A stretch of DNA of 64,000 bases from Azolla caroliniana (taxonomy: Eukaryota; Plantae; Polypodiophyta), in the NCBI GenBank assembly GCA_043228905.1, contig JBHGNT010000007.1, positions 9,176,001-9,240,000 of the forward strand. Direction: 5' to 3'. A model generated the notes under the pieces. That model saw only the letters and a list, made by a program, of their open reading frames with translations, searched no databases and was not told where the DNA came from. Of this stretch, positions 38,134 to 49,499 are shown one piece after another. The translations under genes and the position numbers were made by a program. Position 1 is the first letter of the stretch. Each line of letters begins with the position of its first letter.

Positions 38134-38496
38134 AAATCACATGTTTTTACTCAATGTTGTAATATTAGAATGTTTAGCCCTTTTTCAAGAATTCATGTGA
38201 AATAGATTGACTTCACAATGTCCTTGAAAAACTATGTTGGGAAGATCGATCCAATGCACATTGGACTATGCAAACATTGGGTTGTTTTTGTCTCAAGTTG
38301 AATAAAACTTTGTTTTGGTGCATAGGTGTGAAATATCCATTCAAATTGTGACGTTGAACCTTGTTATTTTATCTTAAAAAAGTTACTAGACAAAGAATGC
38401 ATGTGATAAATGTATAATTTTTAATGCGAAATACATATGTTGAATCATGGGAAACATTTAAGGAAGGCTTTGAGAGTGGATAAAACATAATGAAAG

Positions 38497-38572
38497 ATCC
38501 TTAGCTAGAAGGTATCATATATTAGCATGATAGTAATCCTTAGCTAGAAGGTATCATATATTAGCATAATAG
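38497..38572. repeat. Short tandem repeat (about 39-bp unit, atccttagctagaaggtatcatatattagcatgatagta), continuing at 44241-44280; target site of the Gypsy insertion
   Basis: Two copies lie left of the element and one lies right of it. Confidence 0.85.
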
Positions 38573-38864
38573 TGTCATGATATGGCAAGACTCAAACCCA
38601 TGACCTTATGTTATATGGGTCGAGCTCTTGACCATTATACCATCTATTGTAATACATAAAATATTATTTTCATTTAAGTTTTATTATAGGAAATTAATGT
38701 ATATTCTAGATTTCTCTGGAACATTCTAGAAGCTTCAGGATTACTCCTGAGAACACTATAAAAGAAGGCACTAGGCATTATGTTGAACCAAATTGGTTCA
38801 ACGCCAGTCTTAAGCCTCTTAGCCATTTTGTACTTATCCTTCACATAATATATTAAATGTTATC

Positions 38865-38924
<60 letters not shown>

Positions 38925-39015
38925 GAATCTTATGCAGTCCCGTCCTCTTAGTACTAATAGTACGTCTCTTCTTTAGTACTAATTCCCTCTCTGCTTTAAT
39001 ACTATTCCTGACAGT

Positions 39016-39027
39016 TTGAACCAATTT
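39016..39027 (+). promoter_or_regulatory. Putative self-priming primer-binding site
   Basis: TTGAACCAATTT is the exact reverse complement of AAATTGGTTCAA at 38790-38801, which starts 33 nt after the start of TATAAAA (38757). No TGG-type tRNA PBS is present. Confidence 0.75.
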
Positions 39028-42000
39028 TCCCTCCAGCCTACTTGTCTTTCTCCCTCATCCTCCTACCCTTTTCCCTATATTATGGCTATTGTTAGCGCCC
39101 AAGAATATCAATCCGTTTTCTCTGAGCTACAGTGCCTAAAAGAAAAATTTGTTGCCTTGGAACAAGAAAACCAACGGTTGATAGGGGATCTGCAACAAAT
39201 CACTCTAGAAAAACAACAAACGCAGCAACAACATGGGGAGTTAGCGTTACGGGTACAACAACTTGAATCAACATTGCAACAACAAGGATCAAGTCCCAAG
39301 GATTTCATAAAGAGCTGAAGATTGGACTTCCTGTGAAATTTGATGGAACGCGATCGCAATTTAGGGGATTCCTTAATCAGGTACGATTAGTTATCCAAAT
39401 GCATCCTTCCCGATACCCCACTGATGCATCCCGAGTCGGCCTAATAGGCATGTTGCTTAGCGGCTCAGCCTTAGCATGGTTCGCTCCGCTTCTAGAAAAA
39501 CAATCGCCCTTGCTTAATAACTTTGAAGATTTTATTAGTGAGTTTAAAGCATGCTTTGGAGACACCGACAACATCAGGATGGCGATCAACAAGATCCGAC
39601 GATTGCGTCAAGGCGATCGTCCAACCTCTGCCTACGCGGCAGATTTCCATCTACTCGCCTTCGATATTCCCTGGGATGATCAGGCACTAATGGAGCAATT
39701 TCGCTACGGCCTGTGAAACGATGTAAAAGATTTACTTTTAACCTTCCCCGAAGAACCAAAATCTCTTACGGAGGCAATCAGTCGAGCGGTCCGATGTGAC
39801 AACCGCCTTTTCGAACGACGTTCCGAATGTCAATTACAAATACCACGCTCTAGGCCGGAGCCCACGTACGCCTCAATCGTGGTTAAAGCGTTCACACGCG
39901 ACGTACCCCAAGCAAATACTCCGACACTGATGGAGATTGACACCATGTGTCGACGTGGCCCATTATCGGAAGAAGAAAAGCAATGACGCCGTGCAAATCT
40001 ATTATGTCTGTATTGCGGTGGACCAGGGCATATCGCAATCAATTGTCCCCATAGGCCAAGAAGTTAGGTAAATCAAATCGTAGCCTGTACTAAACCCGAG
40101 TCAATTTTTCCCTTAGGAGTGTCTGATAGTATTAATAGTACTAATAGCCCAAGTATCTCAAACAAATTTGAAATCCTTCGTCAATTAGATGAAGAGTTAA
40201 AAGATTGAGTCTAGCCAAAATAGGAGCCGTTTGGTTGGACAACCCTAGATCTGTACAACCCATTAGTGGTTCCATTCCCTCCAAGCAAGTTAGCAATGTG
40301 TTCCTAGCCCAAGTCATGGTTAGTACTAAAAGTACTCCCCCAGTCCAAGTCCTAGCACTTTTAGATTTCGGAGCCAATTCCTATTTCATGGATCGAAAAT
40401 TTGCCCAAGCTTCTCAGATATCCTTAAGAAAACTTCCTTGCCTTGCATCTGTAGTAGTCATTGATGGTCGTCCCATTGCTTCCGGGAAAATTGTAGAGAA
40501 GTCAAAACCCATTCAGGTTGTCCTAGGTAGTTTTGTGTGTGTAGTATCATTTAATATTATTAGTAGTCCAGAGCATCCCATTGTCCTAGGATTACCTTGG
40601 TTTGAACTACACAATCCAGACATAGATTGGAGAACAAGAGAAGTCCGGTATCGACAACCCCAAGAATCTACTCATTGAGTTTCGACCATTTCATTACGTC
40701 AACTACGCGAAGAATGACAAAAGGAGGCAATGTTCCTATTTGCCATATGAGTACATCCTTCCAACAATATTAAGGAGGAATCCTTAGTGCAACTTCTGGC
40801 GAAATATCATCCTTATGCCGACGTATTTGACTGAAGGTAAAAGCCAATACTCTTCCTCATCATCGTGCCTACGATTGTCCCATCGATTTACAACCAAGAG
40901 CAGAGCCACCATGGGGACCAATCTACAACTTGTCACCCACCGAGTTATAAGTCCTTCGAGCCTACATAGAGGAGAACTTGGCAAGCGGGTTTATTCTTCA
41001 TTCGAAATCTCCGGCCAGAGCACCCATCTTCTTTGTCAAGAAGAAAGATGACTCACTTCGTCTTGTCGTTGATTACTGCGGCTTCAATAAGGTCACCATC
41101 CGGAATAGGTATGCACTTCCTTTTATATCAAGTCTTTTAGAGCGAGTTAATGGTGCCAAGTTTTTTACAAAAATCGATCTACGAGGAGCGTATAACCTCG
41201 TGCGGATCCGGCCGGGAGATGAATGGAAGACTGCCTTTCGCATGCGGTATGGGCATTTCGAATGTACTGTTATGCCGTTCGGTCTAACCAATGCACTTGT
41301 AGTCTTCCAACACATGGCAAATGATATATTCAGAGACCTCTTGGATATTTGTTTGATCATCTATCTGGATGATCTATTGATTTATTCGAAGACCTCGGAG
41401 GAGCACGATTCTCATGTACTATTAGTTCTAAACCGACTCCGCGAGAATGGTCTTTATGCCAAGCTAGAAAAATGTAGCTTCGACTGCAAGCAAGTGGAAT
41501 TTCTAGGCTACGTTATCTCCTCAAAGGGCATCTCCATGGATCCAGCTAAAGTCCAAACTATGCTAGAGTGGCAAATTCCACGGTCAGTACAAGATGTACA
41601 ATGTTTTCTAGGTTTTGCTAACTTCTACCGCAAGTTTATACAGGATTACTCAAAGATTATTTTACCTCTCACACAACTTACAAAGAAGGGACAAGCATTT
41701 CTTTGGTCCAATGAAGCGGACATGGCTTTTCGGCATCTTACGAAAGCCTTTACATCAACACCTATTCTAGCCCATGTGGATACAAGCAAACCATTCATCA
41801 TGGAGGCCGACGCATCAGATTTAGCCCTCGGTAGCATCCTTTCTCAAGAAGGAGATAAAGAAGAGTTACATCATGTGGCTTTCCATTCGCGCAAATTCGA
41901 TGCTGCGGAAATCAACTACGAAATACATGACAAGGAGTTATTAGCCATCGTGGATTCATTTGTACAATGGCGGCATTTTTTGGAGGGCTCTCCAGATTAG

Positions 42001-43794
42001 GTCATCGTCTTTAGTGATCACAAGAATCTTTCTTATTTCCAGAACGCTCATGTGCTAAATCGACGGCAAGCTAGGTGGGCTTAATTCCTCACACGTTTTG
42101 ATTTCAAAATCGCATATCGACCAGGGAAGCAACAAGGAAAGGCAGATGCACTATCACGACGTTCATATCTTGCACCTCGTCCTGGTGATCCCGCGTTCGA
42201 TAATCAAAAGCAAGTAATCTTGGGACCAACACGATTGCACACAACACGGATTTTTCACACCCCAATGGATTCCCAGATTATCGACACCATACATGAGAAT
42301 TTGAAGACGAACAATTTTGCTCAAGAAATTCTGGCGCACATTGATACCTCTCGGGCATCCTGTTCCTAGTCTCAGCAACCAGGTATGGACTACAGACAAT
42401 TCGAATATCATGATGGTTTGTTATTCTTTAAAAAGCGCGTATATGTCCCCGATTGCTCTTGTCGCTTTCAAATCGTCCAAAATTGTCACGACACCCATAT
42501 GGCGGGACATTTCGGTAGCACTAAGACGTTGGATCTAGTTCAACGATCCTTTTGGTGGCCCCATATGCGACGTTTTGTCGATGACTACGTTCGGACCCGT
42601 GATGCTTGCTGCCGAGCAAAGATGCCACTACACCATCCATATGGATTGTTGGAACCCTTACCGATTCCAAGTAAGCCATGGCAGTCTATTTGTCTTGATT
42701 TTATCACAGATCTGCCAGTCTCGAAGGGGTTTGATGCTAGCTTAACCGTCATCGATTGATATATGAAGATGGCACATTTTGTGTCGTGTACTAAGGCCAT
42801 CACTAGCGAGGAAACCGCCGCCCTTGTCATGCGTGAGGTATTTCGGCATCATGGCCTCCCAGACAGTATCATCAGTGATCGAGGACCTCAATTCATCTCC
42901 AAATTTTGGCAGCATCTCTTCAAGATGCTCAAGGTCTCTTGCAACCTCTCCTCCAGCTACCATCCTCAGACTAATGGGCAGGCAGAACGAACAAACCAAA
43001 CGGTGGAGCAATATCTCTGGTGTTTCCTGAGTTATCAACAGGACGCTTGGGCTAAGATTCTCCACTTTGCGGAGTTTGCGTATAATAATGTTGTTCACTC
43101 CTCGACTCGAGTCTCCCCATTCTACGCTTATACTGGTTCTCATCCTCGCTGGTCGGTGATCGACACCCCGGAGCTACCTACCAATCCTCGTGTCGAGGAT
43201 CATTTGGAGAGACTACGCAAGATCCAGATGGATCTCTCTACTCATCTTCGTCATGGTCAACAGACACAGAAGACTTATGCGGATCGTCATCGGCTTCCCT
43301 CCTCTTTTGCCATCGGAGATCGAGTATGGCTTTTACGTCGTCACATCAAGACTACTCGACCGTGCGACAAGTTGGATTATCGCAGACTTGGTCCTTTCCG
43401 TATTACCGGTAAGGTTAATGATGTCACGTTCCGCCTTGATCTTCCTCTGCATCTTTGGATACATCCGGTCTTCCATAATTCTCTTCTTGAACCTTATAAA
43501 GCAAACACTCTTCTCGATCGTGTTACACCACTGCCGCCCCCGCTTGAGTTAGACGCCGGCCCGGAGTATGAAATTGTTGCCATCCTCGACTCCAAATTTG
43601 TTCGCAACAAACTTTATTATTTGGTCGATTGGCTCGGCTATAGTCCGAGTGAACGTACTTGGGAACCCGTCGAGCCTGTCGCCAATGCTCAGAATCTTGT
43701 TGTTGAGTTCCATCGAAAGTATCCAGACAAACCCGGTCCGCAATCAACACCGACTCGTTCCACTCGTCGCCTTAAAGGAGAGATAGTGTCATGA

Positions 43795-43863
43795 TATGGC
43801 AAGACTCGAACCCATGACCTTATGTTATATGGGTCGAGCTCTTGACCATTATACCATCTATTA
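43795..43863 (-). promoter_or_regulatory. tRNA-like Pol III A/B-box module at the U3 start of the Gypsy LTR (also in the 5' LTR at about 38581-38649)
   Basis: Minus strand: A box TGGTATAATGG (43856-43846) and B box GGTTCGAGTCT (43812-43802), 44 nt apart. The 5' LTR copy has a C>T change in the B box. Confidence 0.55.
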
Positions 43864-44289
43864 TAATACGTAAGATATTATTTTCATTTAAGTTTTATTA
43901 TAGGAAATTAATGTATATTCTAGATTTCTCTGGAACATTCTAGAAGCTTCAGGATTACTCCTGAGAACACTATAAAAGAAGGCACTAGGCATTATGTTGA
44001 ACCAAATTGGTTCAATGCTAGTCTTAAGCCTCTTAGCCATTTTGTACTTATCCTTCACATAATATATTAGATGTTATCATCATCTCTCTCTCTCTCTCTC
44101 TTCCTCGCTATCTCTCTCCTCTCTTCTCTCTCTCTCTCTCTCTCGAGAATCTTATGCAGTTCCGTCCTCTTCGTACTAATAGTACGTCTCTTCTTTTGTA
44201 CTAATTCCTTCTCTGCTTTAGTACTATTCCTGACAAATAGTAATTCTTAGCTAGAAGATATCATATATTAGCATGATAGTGGATAACAC

Positions 44290-44800
44290 ATATGTATATT
44301 AGTAATATGAAACAGAAAGATTAACAAAAATATTGAATGTGTTGAATTGGGTGTGGTGATCTAGGATCAGGACCATAAAAATGTTCTTCTTAATTTAAGT
44401 GCTAGTTTGAAGAAGGTCACGAATAAGCACAAATGTCTTGCCAAAGTAAAGCTCTTCCCCTTGAGGCATTCAGGGAATATATTCCAACAAAATCATATGT
44501 CTCTCCATTTATCATGAATCACACAACTATCCACCTCCCATATTGATCATTATAGGCAACCATTGGGTTTAGCTCATGTTTTATGATCATTAGCACTCTA
44601 GATGTTGTACCTTGACTTACATAGAAGATGTCAAAACCTCCAAATGGACTAGCTTGACCACTAAATTCAACTTGCTTATGTTCTTGAACACAAATGACAT
44701 CTACTTGAGAAGAGGTAATATAGTTCCAAAATAATTTCCATTTACTAGGGCTGCAAAGACCCCGTATATTGAAGGAGACACATTTGACTTTTTTTATGCA
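44290..44800 (-). mobile_element. L1-type LINE AP-endonuclease fragment
   Basis: ORF 44519-44896 reads CVSFNIRGL..VDVICVQEHK..DQYGRWI. Confidence 0.75.
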
Positions 44801-45637
44801 TGGTATGGTTGAAGATATGAAACAAAGCATAGTACTAATTTGAGTGCATATTAGTATCGTCACCATGCTTATTTGCACGAAGACTAATATTTGCATTTGA
44901 TCCTACCATCTCAGGATCACCTCAATAGGTGAGTTCCAAATGGAAACCTATGATTGTGAGAATTTGGGGTTTATGTGTAAAGGAATAGAGGTGCATTTGT
45001 AAGCCAGGACAAGAGTTTTCTTGCTGTATATAAATCACAGGCATAAAAGACAATGATCAGAACAATTATGGCTGTTTGTTTACATTCTCTTTAGAGAAAG
45101 ATACATATATATTACTGTAAAAGGTATACATCAAACCACTACATGCAAAGTGTGTCAAGGCCTTGTCTCTATGACCTGTGTATAGAGTTGTGTATAAAAC
45201 AATTGTCTATATAAGAGAAGTTTGAGATGTGCTTGTGAAACATCCTATAGATTGGAATTCAGTTTAGGGTTTACCAAAAAACTTATTTCACTAATAGAGA
45301 ACATAATGTTCATCGAAGTATTACGAAGAGAACATTAAAAACGAGGGTGCAAGAGATGAATACCAAGAGTATATTGCCATTGGGAGATGTAGTATCAGAT
45401 GCTTCTAGTGCTGAGGAAGCTCTTGAATTTCCTACTATAGCTATCAAAATATGCTTCTAGCGCTGAGAGTGAGGACATTGGGATTGTCTTTGTTGGTCCT
45501 GGGACAATCACAAAAACATGGGATAACACAACAAAAAATAAGTTCACTAGGTATGTCGTTATGGTGGGGGCATGAGATCAAAAGTTAACTTTATGTATTT
45601 TTATACTTGCTAATGTGGCCTAATAAATAGGTTTCAG

Positions 45638-46300
45638 GTGGCTTGCCGAAGAATAGATCTAGCGGTCTTTTTGACTGAGGTAGAACTATGTTCATTGTGC
45701 ACTGTAGGGGAGATGGCATCCACATCGACAATGACCCTCCTTCACTTATGGATGGAGTACTCACTACCCCTTGAGATCAACAAGCAGTTTCATATTGTTG
45801 ATCCATTATGGGTACAATTAGTAGAGCAACGTCATAAGGTACAAAATATACTCACTCGGGTCCTTGAACGAGAATATGTCTTCATTCCAATATTGCACTC
45901 AGGGCATTGGGTGCTTTGGGTGAAGATTTGGCAGACTACTATGGGTTTCGAAGCCAAGAAGGTGAGGAGCCCAATTGTTTTTTGTGATCCACTAAATAAT
46001 CATCCAACTGTCGACATGAAGACATTGGGTGTTTTAGCTGTACGACATATCTCTAGCACCACGCACGACCATTGCATCATTAGAGAATGAACGGTTCCAT
46101 GTATTGCATATCCTGACCCGACCTAATGGGATAGATTGTGGGTATTACGTGATGCAAACGATTCAGATGTTGGTTGAGGAATTCATTCAAGGATTTGAGT
46201 CTAGTTATTTTGTAAGTATCCCTTAGGATTGAATATGAACATTTGTTTTTGTAAGGGGTTAGGGTTGATGGCATCTTGTGGTGCAGGGTAAGGAGCAATG
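45638..46300 (+). pseudogene. Ulp1/C48 SUMO-protease-like domain remnant, probably TE cargo
   Basis: YVFIPILHSGHWVL (His), FCDPL (Asp) and, in a shifted frame at about 46125-46155, NGIDCGYYVM (Cys). Splice acceptor tttcag ends at 45637. Confidence 0.75.
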
Positions 46301-46447
46301 GTTTGGATTCGAAGACGTGGAGCTCCTTCGAAAAATCATGGCAAAATGGGCACGAAGGACTCTAGGCTTAGGGTTATTTTGATCATTCGGAGTTGTATTT
46401 TGTAACATCAAATATATGATCTCAATGTACTATCTAATGTAGTTGCT

Positions 46448-46595
46448 AGCCTTTTTGTATATTCTGGAACCAAGGTTACCACCAATGTTGTATTTTGGAA
46501 TCAAGGCGGCTTGCCTTTTTTGTATATTCTGGAACCAAGGTTGCCACCAATGTTGTATTTTGGAATCAAGGCAGCGTGCCTTCTTTGTATATTAT
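46448..46595. repeat. Direct tandem duplication, unit about 65 bp
   Basis: gcctttttgtatattctggaaccaaggtt..tggaatcaaggc occurs twice, plus a partial third copy. Confidence 0.8.
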
Positions 46596-46952
46596 TGGCC
46601 ATATCAATATAGTTAATTTTGTAATCTCAAATCAACATTTGAATGTCATTTTGGTTGTATATGACTTAATGTGAATTTATTTCATTCTCGATTCATACCT
46701 ATATAAACTGTGTATGCAATGCTTTAGTAAAAGCTAGTTTCTTGGTTGGGGTTCTTCGAAGAGATGAAATAATCCTCTGTTAGTGTTGCATACGCCCTAG
46801 TAAGTCAATAATGAAGAAGATAGGCTTTGTGAACACTACACTAAGGTACACAAAGTAATTGTTAAGAATTAGGTAAGTAATTAAACAATGATTAATTAGT
46901 ACCTAATGTAAGCGGAAGATTAAGTGATATGTGTGTGTATGTGTGTGTGAGA

Positions 46953-47016
<64 letters not shown>

Positions 47017-49499
47017 CACTTATGAAGAACACACGATGGGGGATGAGTAAGTATATTAAATTAGCATTATCATCATCATCAAATACAAAAATACCCACAA
47101 TGAGGTATATATACATCTCATGTGCAAAGGTGCACATGTGTGAGTAGAATATAGGTACTAATGTGTAAGTCCTATATTAAATGTACTTAGGAGTGGAGGA
47201 TCTAGAATATCCCACTTAAGTACAAGGTCCTATTTAAGGCGTTGTAGTCAACACTTCTAACTAGATTCTATCTAGGTAACTACGAAGTTACATTGTTGAC
47301 TAACTAACTAAACTAAGTTGAGCTTGATCTCTCAACACGCCCCCTCAAGCTCAAGTGTGAGGCGTCCGACATCCGGCGTTGTCTGGCTTTTGATGTCGGC
47401 TTCTGTGTGGCGTCCGTCCGACCTTCAACTTTCTTCGTCGTGGCAATCTTGGGTCCTCCCCCTCGAGCCGGTGACGAAGGCTTGTAGTGTGTGGGCGAAG
47501 GCCGACTACTTCCACCCATCGTGGGTGATGAGCCGCTTCGGTGGAGCTCTTGGGCTCTTGTTCGGCTGCTACCTTCATCGCGAAGGCATAGTGATGGGCC
47601 ATATACTCGTTGTAGCAGAGCTGCGTGACGGGGTTCTTAGCTATAGATGAGCGTCGAAGTTTTTTGCTCGCCGATGTGAGTGCCTTCTTTACTCTGGGTG
47701 TCCGCATGATGGGTACACCGAACTCACTATCTAGTGAGGGAGCCGATCCATCCGAATCATTGTCGTCGGGGTGGTCGACTTTGTATTCGGGCATCTTACC
47801 TTTGCCTTTGTCCAAGTTCGTACTTGGCCGGGACGTGCTTGGGTCGCGTGGGGGCTCCTATGGCCCACTAGGCCTTGCCGTAATCAGACATTCTTCGAAC
47901 ATGTGTTCGAAGCGATCTCCATCTTCTATCTCTTGTTCGGTGGATTCCGGGTCAAGCATAATAGGAGTCGAAGTTGTCTCTAGTGCGTACCGGGATGCGG
48001 ACTCGTCGAAGACTACGTCTCGACTTACCCAAACCACTCGGGTAGAAGGGTTGTAGCACTTGTACGCCTTCTTCTTGGACGAGTATCCTATGAGGATACA
48101 TTCCTCCGACTTCGCGTCGGGCTTCTGTCGTTGTTCGTTCGGGATGCGTACATTCGCAATGCTTCCGAACACCTTGAGATGCGACAGGATCAACTTCCTT
48201 CCGACGAGGAGCTCGTATGGAGTTAGCTCATGTAGTCCATTAGTGGTGCACCGGTTCATGAGATAGATGGTTGTGGATGCCACTTCGGCCCAATAGAAAT
48301 TCGGCATGTGCTTCGCATGCATCATGGCACGTGCTACCTCGAGTATTTGTCGATTTTTCCTTTCAACTACTCCATTTTGTTGGGGTGTGTGTCGACACAA
48401 GAATTCTCTCCGAATGCCTTCACTTTGGAGGTAGGAGGTGAATTCATCGGAGAAGTACTCCTTTCCTCCATCCGATCATAGGCATTGAATGTGCCGACCG
48501 GTTTCTTTTTCGACTTAACCCTTGAGCTTTTGGAAGTGGGAGAACACTTCGCTCTTCTTCTTCATTGGGTAGATCCACGAGTAGCGCGAGTAGTCGTCGA
48601 TGAAGGTTACGTAGTATTGGCATCCGCCGATCGTCGGCGTTTGAGCTGGTCCCCATACATTTGAGTGTATGACGTTGAGGAGGCCTTTGCTTGCGGAGCT
48701 CTCCTTTGGGAATGGGACTCGATGTTGTTTGCTGAGTTGACATGCTTCACATACTTGGTCAACTCGTTTCGACTCGAATGTCGGAAGTCTAATGAAGACT
48801 CCCTTGATTTGCATCGCTCGAAGCCGTTGGAGGTTTATGTGGCCGATTCTCTTGTGCCACAACTCGATGCTTGTCTCAGTTTTGAGACCTTTGGCGTACA
48901 TTGCCGATTTCACCTCATTCGAATCGAGGATGAACATTCGGTCGTCTCTTCGCCCCTTAGCTATGAGTCGTCCATCTTTCTCAATGAAACAACCTTCGTT
49001 GTGGAAGCGGACTTGCATGCCTTGCTCCACGATTTGGCCGACCGAGACCAAATTCTTCGTTATTGTGGGCACGTGCAAGACATTCTTGATGCAAGTTTGC
49101 TCGCCTTCTTTCCCGAATGGGACATTGCTGATGTGGCGAATGGGGTGCGTGGTGTCATCTCCCGTCTCTATGAAGTCGGGTCGATCCAGCGTTCGTAAAT
49201 CACGAAACCACTCTTCGTGAGATGTCATGTGATGTGAGGCGCCGGAATCGACGAACCACACGTCTTTCGAATTGGAGGTGCTTGCGGAGTCGTAGGCTGT
49301 CATAGAGTTTGCTCTATGCCTCATTACGAATAGTCCGCCGTAATCATCGTATTCGGAGTTGACAACATAATTCGTGTGTTGTCGACTTGTGGAAGCCGAC
49401 TCGCTTCTTTTTTTTCGGCATTCCTCCTCGTGGTGGCCAATTTTGCCGCAATAGTTGCAAGTTGCGGGCCTCATTTGCCGACCTTGTTCAGCATGGAAG

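Larger units (their letters stand above)
38573..44235 (+). mobile_element. Full-length Ty3/Gypsy chromovirus (Tcn1/Tf1-like). LTRs 38573-39013 and 43787-44235, TSD AATAG. gag-PR-RT-RH-IN-chromodomain with several stops and frameshifts
   Basis: TG..CA LTRs. TSD at 38568-38572 and 44236-44240. gag from 39082, protease LLDFGANS, RT YLDD, RNase H EADASD, integrase SDRGPQF and chromodomain EYEIVAILD..YYLVDWLGY..RTWEP. PPT 43774-43786. Confidence 0.97.

Noticed and set aside
46892-47147. Duplicated small ORFs (also 56028-56289)
   Set aside because: These are LTR sequence containing (GA)n and are not coding.
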